A DNA stretch of 57,937 nt from Macrostomum lignano (Eukaryota): positions 1 to 57,937 of the forward strand of contig NIVC01004148.1 in NCBI GenBank assembly GCA_002269645.1. The letters run 5' to 3'. The notes beneath the pieces are model-generated. The model had not been told where the DNA came from. It did no database searches and was given only the letters and a program-made list of their open reading frames with translations. The translations under genes were made by a program, and so were the position numbers. Positions 37,221-49,225 of this stretch are shown piece by piece (the stretch's first letter is position 1; each line of letters opens with the position of its first letter).

Positions 37221-37629
37221 CTGGCACTAGCTAGTTATTAGTCTATTAGGTGGCTGTAGATTGCAAAGGTTTTGCCTGCAAAATTCGCTTATTTCTCAGT
37301 TGGCCCTCTCGTTTCCCTAGCAGTAAGCAGTATCTGATGTTTGTTGAACCTTTCTGTTTGGGCTGCGGAGACTTCACTGACTCGGTTTTGCTTCTTTGTT
37401 TCAATACTGCCTGCCCGCAAATACACATGAACTAAATTATTTATATTGCCGCCGCTGCGCAACGGCTGTAGCGGATTCTTTAACAGCCAAATCCTTCGCG
37501 TCTCAGCAGTGTGTTCTGGAATTCTGTTCTTTGCTCTGGGGCGGCCCCTCCTCACCTCTGACGCCTTCTCTGTCACTATTCAACACTAAATATCATTTCA
37601 ACTGCTGCTCTGCTACTCCACAATCCACA

Positions 37630-39660
37630 TGTCACTCTGCCTCTCCCACTGTCACTCTGCTGCTCCCACTGTCACTCTACTGCTCCCACTGTCACTCTGC
37701 TGCTCCCACTGTCACTCTGCTGCTCCCACTGTCACTCTGCCACTCCCACTGTAACTCTACTGCTCCCACTGTCACTCTGCTGCTCCCACTGTCACTCTGC
37801 TGCTCCCACTGTCACTCTGCCACTCCCACTGTCACTCTACTGCTCCCACTGTCACTCTGCTGCTCCCACTGTCACTCTGCTGCTCCCACTGTCACTCTGC
37901 TGCTCCCAATGTCACTCTGCCACTGCCACTGTCACGCTACTGCTCCCACTGTCACTCTGCTGCTCCCACTGTCACTCTGCCACTCCCACTGTCACTCTAC
38001 TGCTCCCACTGTCACTCTGCTGCTCCCACTGTCACTCCGCGACTCATACTATCTTGTATTCGCACTCCTGCACTCGCACTCCTCCGAGTTCTCCCTTCCC
38101 TGCAGTAGTGCAGTCGCACTACTGCATTCGTATTCGCACTCCTGCACTTTTATTCGCACCCGGCACTCGTATTCGCACTCCTGCACTCGTATTCGCACCC
38201 GGCACTCGTATTCGCACTCCTGCACTCGTATTCGCACTCCTGCACTCGTATTCGCACCCGGCACTCGTATTCGCACTCCTGCACTCGTATTCGCACCCGG
38301 CACTTGCGCTCGCTACCCGCCGACCCCAACAGGCGGGCGCTCCCCACCAGCCACAATGGGGGGTTGGGGCGCTCTGTTTTTTTCTGCTGTCTCCGGTGGC
38401 AGTCTGTCGGCACGCCGGGAATTCCCACAGCCGGGGCGGGCAACTCACAATTGACTCAAGTAGTGAGAGCTCAGCGGAGACAGCGGCGAGGCTCCAGTCT
38501 AATTAATTGAGTCCCATACCTGCCTTCTCGGCAAACACCGGCCCTGCTCTGTCACTCTTTGTTGTCTTGTTTGCCCTGCTCTGCGGTGCTGAAGATCCCT
38601 GCGACACCGGTTGCTCAGCGGAAGGCCCGCAATTTTTATCGGCTCATTCGCTCTCGTGCTGTTCAACTTCCCGCCGGGACTGCTTCGTCTCCTGCCTGCC
38701 TGTTTGTTTTCCATTGCCGCTCCATTTGCTGACGGTATCTGCGACTGCTGAACCCCCCATCCCTGCCTCTGTCTCTGCGCTAGCTTTCTGCTCTCACCTG
38801 CCTCCTTCCTTCATCTTTCTCTTCGTCTGCCTCCCCTTCATCTGTCTTCTCCCTTCATCTGCCTCCTTTCATCTGTCTTGTCCCTTCATCTGCCTCCTCC
38901 CTTCATCTGTCTTCTCCCTTCATCTGCCTCCTTTCATCTGTCTTCTCCCTTCATCTGCCTCCCCTTCATCTGTCTTCTCCCTTCATCTGCCTCCTTTCAT
39001 CTGTCTTCTCCCTTCATCTGCCTCCCCTTCATCTGTCTTCTCCCTTCATCTGCCTCCTTTCATCTGTCTTCTCCCTTCATCTGCCTCCCCTTCATCTGTC
39101 TTCTCCCTTCATCTGCCTCCTCCCTTCATCTGTCTTCTCCCTTCATCTGCCTCCTTTCATCTGTCTTCTCCCTTCATCTGCCTCCTTTCATCTGTCTTGT
39201 CCCTTCATCTGCCTCCTCCCTTCATCTGTCTTCTCCCTTCATCTGCCTCCTTTCATCTGTCTTCTCCCTTCATCTGCCTCCTTTCATCTGTCTTCTCCCT
39301 TCATCTGCCTCCCCTTCATCTGTCTTCTCCCTTCATCTGCCTCCTTTCATCTGTCTTCTCCCTTCATCTGCCTCCTTTCATCTGTCTTCTCCCTTCATCT
39401 GCCTCCTCCCTTCATCTGTCTCCTCCCTTATCTGTCTTCTCCCTTATCTGTCTTCTCCCTTATCTGCCTTCTCTCCCTTTATCTGTCTCCTCCCTTATCT
39501 GCCTTCTCCCTTCATCTGTCTTCTCCCTTCATCTGCCTTCTCCCTTTATCTGTCTCCTCCCTTATCTGTCTTCTCCCTTCATCTGCCTCGCTTCATCTGC
39601 CTTCTCCCTTCATCTGCCTTCTCCCTTCATCTGCCTTCTCCCTTTATCTGCCTCCTTTCA
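37630..39660. repeat. Three adjacent arrays: 20-bp ctcccactgtcactctgctg (37630-38035), 20-bp gcactcgtattcgcactcct (38125-38300), pyrimidine-rich ccttcatctg array (38780-39660)
   Basis: Visible directly. They account for ORFs 37396 and 38507. Confidence 0.9.
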
Positions 39661-40024
39661 TCCGTCTCTTCTGTTAATTTCTCTTTTCATTTCTGTTGTC
39701 TTCAAGCCAATGCGTTCTCATAAAGTCTCCCCGTTTTCGACTGTCCAGTTTGAGTTCCCAGACCAGAGCGGAAATGAAGCCTCTGAAACTCGAATCGCTG
39801 TTTTCTCTAAACGCGGAAGCGGCTGCGGCCACCGCCAGCTGTACAGTTTATTTAGCCTCCTTGTTTAACGCACATGAGTGAATAAATGAGTGAATGAGCA
39901 GGCGGTGACGGCTTTGCGATTATCTACAGTGCAGACTGCGGGCGGACTCGCACAAATATGTAAATAAATCTAATTAAGAGGCTTAACACCGCAGCTGCTG
40001 AGGCCCTGCAGGTGCACAGAAACA

Positions 40025-40759
40025 TCAAACACGCAAATGTATGGGAGAAAGTGGGGGGGGGGGCGCTGTCCCCGCGGGAGTCGCGTGGCCGTACAAGCGA
40101 TGGCCATTAGCCCCTTGTGTCCGGGGGCGGCCGCTCCTTCGCCAGTCAAGCCGGCCGCAGCCGCTTCTCTTGCGGCTCGGCCTGCAGCTCGGGCCGAGGG
40201 GGCGCCGCTTCAGGCCGGAGCTGCGCGGCTCCGCCTGCTGCTGCTGGTCGGCCGCCCGCAGGAGGCTCTCCATGTGCTGGATGTAGCGGATGGCCGTCTT
40301 GAGGATCTCGACCTTGCTGATGCGCTTGTCCTTGTTCTCGAAGGGTAGCGTCTCCTTCAGCCGCTCGTAGCCCTCGTTCACGAAGCGGACCCGCTCGCGC
40401 TCGCGCTCGTTGCGGCGGCGGATGAAGGAGCTCTCGCAGCCGAAGTGGAACTCGCCGAACGGGTGCGGCAGCGGGATGCGGCTCTGCGGGTCGAACGGGT
40501 TGCGGCTGATCGCTGCCGGCCGCGGGTGATGGTGCTGCGGATGCTGCGGGTGCAGCGCCGGGTGCTGCGGGTGTCCGTGGTGCTGATGAGGCTGCCGCGA
40601 CTCCAGCAGAGCCGCCGCAGCCGCAGCGGCCGCAGCTGAGGTCGCCGAGCCGCCGGCGCCGCCGCCAGTGCCTCCGCTCCGGAAGTCCCAGGCGGCCGCG
40701 GCGGCAGCGGGGTAGAACAGCGCTGGGTAGGCCGGCTGGCGAGGAGGCTCCGCTGACAT
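40025..40759 (-). CDS. Achaete-scute family bHLH transcription factor (ASCL3/4/5, 'ASCb' type)
   Basis: SFIRRRNERERERVRFVNEGYERLKETLPFENKDKRISKVEILKTAIRYIQHMESLL, preceded by PLPHPFGEFHFG and by Ala- and His-rich tracts. Acceptor AG at 40813-40812. The C-terminus crosses a G-run and may be inexact. Confidence 0.9.
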   Translation of the reverse strand: MSAEPPRQPAYPALFYPAAAAAAWDFRSGGTGGGAGGSATSAAAAAAAAALLESRQPHQHHGHPQHPALHPQHPQHHHPRPAAISRNPFDPQSRIPLPHPFGEFHFGCESSFIRRRNERERERVRFVNEGYERLKETLPFENKDKRISKVEILKTAIRYIQHMESLLRAADQQQQAEPRSSGLKRRPLGPSCRPSRKRSGCGRLDWRRSGRPRTQGANGHRLYGHATPAGTAPPPPLSPIHLRV

Positions 40760-40811
40760 GTCGGTGGGAGGCTGGTTGGTGCACCTGCTTTTGGGACCGG
40801 CGTTGCAGTAT

Positions 40812-41952
40812 CTGAGTCAAGCTTGATGGGTGGGATAATTCTCCCCTTGCTCACCTGAGTTAAGCTGGATGGGTGGGATAATTCTCCCCTTGCTCACCTG
40901 AGTTATGGTGGGATAATTCTCCCCTTGCTCACCTGAGTTAATTAAGCTGGATGGGTGGGATAATTCTCCCCTTGCTCACCTGAGTTAAGCTGGATGGGTG
41001 GGATAATTCTCCCCTTGCTCACCTGAGTTATGGTGGGATAATTCTCCCCTTGCTCACCTGAGTTAATTAAGCTGGATGGGTGGGATAATTCTCCCCTTTG
41101 CTCACCTGAGTTAAGCTGGATTGGTGGGATAATTTTCCCCTTTGCTCACCTGAGTTCATTAAGCTTGATGGGTGGGATAATTCTCCCCTTGCTCACCTGA
41201 GTTAAGCTGGATGGGTGGGATAATTCTCCCCTTGCTCACCTGAGATAATTAAGCTAGATGGGTGGGATAATTCTCCCCTTGCTCACCTGAGTTAAGCTGG
41301 ATGGGTGGGATAATTCTCCCCTTTGCTCACCTGAGTTAAGCTGGATTGGTGGGATAATTTTCCCCTTTGCTCACCTGAGTTCATTAAGCTTGATGGGTGG
41401 GATAATTCTCCCCTTGCTCACCTGAGTTAAGCTGGATGGGTGGGATAATTCTCCCCTTGCTCACCTGAGATAATTAAGCTAGATGGGTGGGATAATTCTC
41501 CCCTTGCTCACCTGAGTTAATTAAGCTAGATGGGTGGGATAATTCTCCCCTTGCTCACCTGAGTTAAGCTGGATGGGTGGGATAATTCTCCCTTTGCTCA
41601 CCTGAGTTAATTAAGCTAGATGGGTGGGATAATTCTCCCCTTGCTCACCTGAGTTAAGCTGGATGGGTGGGATAATTCTCCCTTTGCTCACCTGAGTTAA
41701 TTAAGCTGGATGGGTGGGATAATTCTCCCTTTGCTCACCTGAGTTAAGCTGGATGGGTGGGATAATTCTCCCTTTGCTCACCTGAGTTAATTAAGCTGGA
41801 TGGGTGGGATAATTCTCCCTTTGCTCACCTGAGTTAAGCTAGATGGGTGGGATAATTCTCCCTTTGCTCACCTGAGTTGAGCTTGATGGGTGGGATAATT
41901 CTCCCTTTGCTCACCTGAGTTGAGCTTGATGGGTGGGATAATTCTCCCCTTG
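40812..41952. repeat. 35-47-bp (mostly 43-47-bp) tandem array, ~25 units, directly 5' of the ASCL coding exon
   Basis: Unit on the minus strand: gtgagcaaggggagaattatcccacccatccagcttaactcag. Confidence 0.95.
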
Positions 41953-42289
41953 TGCGACTCGCGCGGCGCAGATCGATATAACTGTGCTGAGATTGCCTGG
42001 TCTCGGGCTGCTCACAAGCGCTGGGGTGGAGGTTGTCCGCTTTTCTTTTTTATTTTTTAAAACAGGCAGCCGGGGCCGCCGAGCTCATGGAGGGGCTCTG
42101 GGCCAATGGCCGCCGCTCTCAGGTCTCTGCCTGCGCCGTCGCGGCCAATCGGAGGCCCCAGCCGCTGCCACGTGGACAGCCTGGGGTGACAGGCAGCTGA
42201 GTGGAGTGGCGGGAGCTGCTTCGGATGATGGCCCGTCGCGCCAGCCGCCCATTCGCTAATTGAGTCTCGTGGAAATGATAGTGGTGAAT

Positions 42290-43790
42290 GTGACTGAGTG
42301 AGCGAATGGGATTGAGAGTGGTGAATGTGACTGAGTGAGCGAATGGGATTGAGAGTGGTGAATGTGACTGAGAATGGAATTGAGAGTGGTGAATGTGACT
42401 GAGAATGGGATTGAGAGTGCGTGAATGAGATTAAGAGTGAATAAGGAGCGAGAGTGTCGAGTGAGTGAATGAAATTGAGAACGAGTGTATAAGATTTAGA
42501 GTGGGTGAATGGGATTGAGACTCAGTGAATGGGATTGAGAGTGAGTGAATGGGATTGAGATCGAGTGAATGGGTACTGAGAGTGAGTGAATGAAATTGAG
42601 AACGAGTGTATAAGATTTAGAGTGGGTGAATGGGATTGAGAGTGAGTGAATGAGATTGAGAGTGAGTGAATGAGATTGAGAGTGAGTGAATGGGATTGAG
42701 AGTGAGTGAATGGGATTGAGAGTGAGTGAATGGGATTGAGACTGAGTGAATGAGATTGAGAGTGAGTGAATGGGATTGAGAGTGAGTGAATGAGATTGAG
42801 AGTGAGTGAATGGGATTGAGACTGAGTGAATGAGATTGAGAGTGAGTGAATGGGTACTGAGAGTGAGTGAATATGATTGAATGGGTGATAAAGATTGCGA
42901 GTGGGTGAATGTGATTGAGTGAGGGAATAAGATTGAGAGTGACTGAATAGTAGGTGATCAATGGAGAGTGAGTGAATGGAGTCTGAAGGAAGTGAGCAGA
43001 GGAGCGAGTGGACATGAGTTGAGTGAATGGAGTCTGAAGGAAGTGAGCAGAGGAGCGAGTGGACATGTCTCTCACGCACCTCTTTCCCAGAGGCTGCAAC
43101 CTTGCCAGCGGCTTGCCAGTTTAATTAATAATTCACGCGGGAACAGGGCCGCAGGTGACTCCGCTCCATTGGTCTCGGTGCCAACTCGGAAACCAGCTTG
43201 GCACCGCTGCATTTCCGTTCTTGGCTTGCCGCTCACTCAGTGACTGCAGGGACTCATGGGAGATTTTTTAGTTGGCAGACTGGGCTTTATTGCGCAACTG
43301 TAGCATTGGCTGGCTGTGTTGCCGCAGTCTCCCAGCGGCGGCCCGCTGTGACTGGCAGGCCGAGCTTTTTTGATCTTTTGTGCCAACTGCCTGTCAGTCA
43401 CGCGGTTTGCTATGCAGCTTTATGGAGACAAAATTAAAAAATCGCAATGAGGGCCTGTAAAAACTGGCTGGGGCAGAGGAATGGGGGTCAATAAATTGTC
43501 TCTTATATGCCTCATAATTCTATAATGAAAGCCTACAGAATGAATGTGAGATGCATTGAGATTAGAGCATTAGATGCAAGTGAGATGAGATGCAGTGAGA
43601 TGAGAGCATGAGATTCAGTGAGATGAGAGCATGAGATGAAGTGAGATGAGAGCATGAGATGCAGTGAGATGAGAGCATGAGATGCAGTGAGATGAGAGCA
43701 TGAGATGCAGTGAGATGAGAGCATGAGATGCAGTGAGATGAGAGCATGAGATGCAGTGAGATGAGAGCATGAGATGCAGTGAGATGAGAG
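42290..43790. repeat. 20-bp gagagtgagtgaatgggatt array (42290-42960) and 23-bp gagatgagagcatgagatgcagt array (43540-43790)
   Basis: Visible directly. Confidence 0.9.
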
Positions 43791-44119
43791 GTTATCCAAT
43801 GCAGGCAGCAGTAGAAAGCGAACGTGTCGGGCAGCTGTGGCAGCTCAGCAGGGGCGGCCATCGATCGCCGGGCGCGGCAGCTGCACTGCGGGCGCGGAGC
43901 CGGCCGGGAAATCCGATAGCCGTGCGGAGCTGAGAGCGGCGCGGCCCCAGCTGGACCGCGAAAAACCGCCGAGCCCGCGGTCCGAGAGGGGCAAAACACC
44001 GGCCGTTACTGCCGAGCTTGAGTTCTGCGAGTGACCAATTCTGGGCGCGAATGCAGCTGCCCCTGTGCGTCCCTGCGCCTGGCATCCCCATGGCGCCACT
44101 GCGATTCCCAGCCTCCAGG

Positions 44120-46592
44120 CAATCCGTGCAGGGAATCTGTGCAGGGAATCTGTGCAGGGAATCTGTGCAGGGAATCTGTGCAGGGAATCTGTGCAGGGAA
44201 TCTGTGCAGGGAATCTGTGCAGGGAATCCGTGCAGGGAATCCGTGCAGGGAATCTGTGCAGGGAATCTGTGCAGGGAATCCGTGCAGGGAATCCGTGCAG
44301 GGAATCTGTGCAGGGAATCTGTGCAGGGAATCTGTGCAGGGAATCTGTGCAGGGAATCTGTGCAGGGAATCTGTGCAGGGAATCTGTGCAGGGAATCTGT
44401 GCAGGGAATCCGTGCAGGGAATCCGTGCAGGGAATCTGTGCAGGGAATCTGTGCAGGGAATCTGTGCAGGGAATCCGTGCAGGGAATCTGTGCAGGGAAT
44501 CTGTGCAGGGAATCCGTGCAGGGAATCCGTGCAGGGAATCTGTGCAGGGAATCTGTGCAGGGAATCCGTGCAGGGAATCTGTGCAGGGAATCCGTGCAGG
44601 GAATCCGTGCAGGGAATCTGTGCAGGGAATCTGTGCAGGAAATCTGTGCAGGGAATCCGTGCAGGGAATCTGTGCAGGGAATCTGTGCAGGGAATCTGTG
44701 CAGGGAATCTGTGCAGGGAAGTTGTGTAGGGAATCCGTGCAGGGAATCTGTGCAGGGAATCCGTGCAGGGAATCCGTGCAGGGAATCTGTGCAGGGAATC
44801 TGTGCAGGGAATCTGTGCAGGGAATCTGTGCAGGGAATCTGTGCAGGGAATCTGTGCAGGGAATCTGTGCAGGGAATCTGTGCAGGGAATCTGTGCAGGG
44901 AATCTGTTCAGGGAATCTGTGCAGGGAATCTGTGCAGGGAATCTGTGCAGGGAATCTGTGCAGGGAATCTGTGCAGGGAATCTGTGCAGGGAATCTGTGC
45001 AGGGAATCCGTGCAGGGAATCCGTGCAGGGAATCTGTGCAGGGAATCTGTGCAGGGAATCTGTGCAGGGAATCCGTGCAGGGAATCTGTGCAGGGAATCT
45101 GTGCAGGGAATCCGTGCAGGGAATCCGTGCAGGGAATCTGTGCAGGGAATCTGTGCAGGGAATCTGTGCAGGGAATCTGTGCAGGGAATCCGTGCAGGGA
45201 ATCCGTGCAGGGAATCTGTGCAGGGAATCTGTGCAGGAAATCTGTGCAGGGAATCCGTGCAGGGAATCTGTGCAGGGAATCTGTGCAGGGAATCTGTGCA
45301 GGGAATCTGTGCAGGGAAGTTGTGTAGGGAATCTGTGCAGGGAATCTGTGCAGGGAATCCGTGCAGGGAATCCGTGCAGGGAATCTGTGCAGGGAATCTG
45401 TGCAGGGAATCTGTGCAGGGAATCTGTGCAGGGAATCTGTGCAGGGAATCTGTGCAGGGAATCTGTGCAGGGAAGTTGTGCAGGGAATCTGTGCAGGGAA
45501 GTTGTGTAGGGAATCTGTGCAGGGAATCTGTGCAGGGAATCTGTGCAGGGAAGTTGTGCAGGGAAGTTGTGTAGGGAATCTGTGCAGGGAATCTGTGCAG
45601 GGAATCCGTGCAGGGAATCTGTGCAGGGAATCTGTGCAGGGAATCTGTGCAGGGAATCTGTGCAGGAAATCTGTGCAGGGAATCTGTGCAGGAAATCTGT
45701 GCAGGGAATCTGTGCAGGGAAGTTGTGCAGGGAAGTTGTGCAGGGAATCTGTGCAGGGAATCTGTGCAGGGAATCCGTGCAGGGAATCTGTGCAGGGAAT
45801 CTGTGCAGGGAATCTGTGCAGGGAATTAGTGCAGGGAATCTGTGCAGGGAATCTGTGCAGGGAATCCGTGCAGGGAATCTGTGCAGGGAAGTTGTGTAGG
45901 GAATCTGTGCAGGGAATTAGTGCAGGGAATCTGTGCAGGGAATCTGTGCAGGGAATCTGTGCAGGGAATCTGTGCAGGGAATCTGTGCAGGGAAGTTGTG
46001 CAGGGAAGTTGTGCAGGAAATCTGTGCAGGGAATCTGTGCAGGGAATCCGTGCAGGGAATCTGTGCAGGGAATCTGTGCAGGGAATCTGTGCAGGGAATC
46101 TGCGCAGGGAAGCTGTGCAGGGAATCTGTGCAGGGAATCTGCGCAGGGAAGCTGTGCAGGGAAGTTGTGCAGGGAAGTTGTGCAGGGAAGCTGTGCAGGG
46201 AAGCTGTGCAGGGAATTTGTGCAGGGAAGCTGTGCAGGGAAGTTGTGCAGGGAATCTGTGCAGGGAATCTGTGCAGGGAATCTGTGCAGGGAATCTGTGC
46301 AGGGAATCTGTGCAGGGAATCTGCGCAGGGAATCTGTGCAGGGAATCCGTGCAGGGAAGTTGTGCAGGGAAGTTGTGCAGGGAAGTTGTGCAGGGAAGTT
46401 GTGCAGGGAATCTGTGCAGGGAAGTTGTGCAGGGAATCTGTGCAGGGTCTGTGCAGGCAATCTGTGCAGGGTCTGTGCAGGCAATCTGTGCAGGGTCTGT
46501 GCAGGCAATCTGTGCAGGGTCTGTGCAGGCAATCTGTGCAGGGTCTGTGCAGGCAATCTGTGCAGGGTCTGTGCAGGCAATCTGTGCAGGGT
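44120..46592. repeat. 13-bp satellite (gtgcagggaatct), ~190 copies
   Basis: Visible directly. It explains the 916-aa and other multi-frame ORFs here. Confidence 0.97.
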
Positions 46593-47464
46593 CATGACAC
46601 GCAGCTCAATCTGGAATCAGCAATGCCTATAAAAGGCAGCAGCAGCGTCAGGGCATGAATCCGTCAGCACAGACAGCCGGCCCTTATCATATTATGAGCG
46701 CATTAATAAACCGCTAATGATGGAGTGTGGTGGATCAGGCAGTGCTGAGAGCTGCAGTTCAATTCGCTCCTGCAGGTGGCGGCTCCCCGGCAATTCGGGG
46801 CTCTCAGCGGCCAAGCGGAGCGGAGGGCGGGGCCTCGCAGCCGAGAGCGGCGATTTCATTCAGCCGCTGCGGCCCCGCCCTCCCGCATGCCGATCCGAGC
46901 CGCCGCTCCCGGCTGGGGGGGGGCAATCGGGCTCTCCAGAGTTCCCGCCTGGCAGGCCTTTATGAAGACCGGGATTGGAAACTCTTGGGGGTGCAGGCTT
47001 CAGTTTAGACGGTTTTGAGCTGCTCTGAGTTTGGGTGCCGCAGGTATTTGATTCTCACGGACAACTGCAGCAGCTGGAGGCCGAACAATTCCAAATCCAC
47101 CAAGGAGACGAAGCTGTCAGTTCAGAGGTGTATCAATTTTTGAAAATGAGTCCTTACTTTTCTGGTGTCTTCTGAGAAAGACTCTGCAATGACCTTTATT
47201 GTACCCCAGACAGCCAGCTGCCGGGTCCGGGAGGTCCAATTAATTCCAAGATATCGCGCTCCGGGGTGGCCGCGGATGAGCTCTGACTCTGCAGGCCACT
47301 CCGATCGGATTAATTAAGATTTAAGAGGCCTACTGGGCTCATGCGGGCCTCTTGGCCGCCAGTGACAGTCAGACAGACAGACAGACAGGCACTGATTGAC
47401 AGGTGTGCGAACCAAGGGCCACTCAGTGACCAGACTCACCGGCATGATCATCTCTAATAGCTCT

Positions 47465-49225
47465 GCATATACATATCTACATGCATACATATCTAGATGC
47501 ATACATATTACATATCTACATGCATACATATACATATCTACATGCACACATATACATATCTACATGCATACATATAAATATCTACATGCATACATATACA
47601 TATCTACATGCATACATATACATATCTACATGCATACATATAAATATCTACATGCATACATATACATATCTACATGCATACATATACATATCTACATGCA
47701 TACATATACATATCTACATGCATACATATAAATATCCATATGCACTGCAAACTGAGGCAGACCTGCGTTGCCGCACCGCTGCACGGGCTGGGAGGAATCC
47801 GAGAAGAGGAGCTCAAGGGAAAACAGGCAGAAATGGGAGACAACAACTGAGATCCCCTGCTGCAGCTATTTGCTCAGTGGTGTCTGGGGAGACAGAATTA
47901 AGGGGATTTTCTCCCGAGCCCATTGAGCGGAGGCCACTGAATCAACAGCGCTTCCGGAGTGGGGAGCGGGGCTGGTGGCTGGATTGGAACACCTGGACAG
48001 CTGGGCGGGGGCCGCAGCGGCCCGGGGCTGCTGCACTGCACACAGCGGGAAAGTTTCTTTTCTTCTCCAGCTCAAGAGGGAGCGGAGAGCGAGTAGCTGG
48101 GCCTGATTTACTGCCGCAATCTTCGATCTTTTTCTGTCCCGGTTTTGAGCGCTCGGGCTGACTGGCAGTAGCGGAAATTCGTCTGGCATGAAAACTTTTA
48201 TTGCATATTTTATGATGCTCCGCAGCGGCCTGCAGCTCTGCGGGAGTTCACGGCCCCAGTGACACACTGTGTGCGGAGTTCACGGCCCCAGTGACATACT
48301 GTGTGCGGAGTTCACGGTCCCCAGTGACACACTGCTGTGCGGAGTTCACGGTCCCCAGTGACATACTGTGTGCGGAGTTCACGGTCCCCAGTGACACACT
48401 GTGTGTGGAGTTCACGGTTCCCAGTGACACACTGTATGTGGAGTTCACGGTCCCCAGTGACACACTGTATGTGGAGTTCACGGTCCCCAGTGACACACTG
48501 TATGTGGAGTTCACGGTCCCCAGTGACACACTGTATGTGGAGTTCACGGTCCCCAGTGACACACTGTATGTGGAGTTCACGGTCCCCAGTGACACACTGC
48601 TGTCAGCGTTGCTCGCGCCTGTCTTGAGCTTATAATTCTGGGCAAACGCGCGCCGCCAATTATCATGTGATATTATGCTATCATATGATTTCGGTGCCAT
48701 GAGCGGCAGTTTGCATGCTAGGTTTGGCAGTTAGATGCCATGAGCGGCAGTTTGCATGCTAGATTTGGCAGTTAGATGCCATGAGCGGCAGTTTGCATGC
48801 TAGATTTGGCAGTTAGGTGCCATGAGCGGCAGTTTGCATGCTAGATTTGGCAGTTAGATGCCATGAGCGGCAGTTTGCATGCTAGGTTTGGCAGTTAGAT
48901 GCCATGAGCGGCAGTTTGCATGCTAGGTTTGGCAGTTAGGTGCCATGAGCGGCAGTTTGCATGCTAGGTTTGGCAGTTAGATGCCATGAGCGGCAGTTTG
49001 CATGCTAGGTTTGGCAGTTAGATGCCATGAGCGGCAGTTTGCATGCTAGGTTTGGCAGTTAGATACCATGAGCGGCAGTTTGCATGCTAGGTTTGGCAGT
49101 TAGATACCATGAGCGGCAGTTTGCATGCTAGGTTTGGCAGTTAGATACCATGAGCGGCAGTTTGCATGCTAGGTTTGGCAGTTAGATGCCATTAGTGGCA
49201 GTTTGCATGCTAGGTTTGGCAGTTA
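47465..49225. repeat. 22-bp (47465-47735), 33-bp (48250-48600) and 41-bp (48695-49225) minisatellites
   Basis: Units acatatctacatgcatacatat; gagttcacggtccccagtgacacactgtatgtg; catgagcggcagtttgcatgctaggtttggcagttagatgc. Confidence 0.93.

Noticed and set aside
40812-41952. CRISPR-like regular repeats (also 48695-49225 and 51160-51675)
   Set aside because: Units are contiguous with no unique spacers, there are no cas genes, and the context is eukaryotic.
43845-46658. 916-aa Cys-rich ORF and overlapping 200-500-aa ORFs
   Set aside because: The 13-bp satellite lacks stops in all frames. There is no unique coding content.
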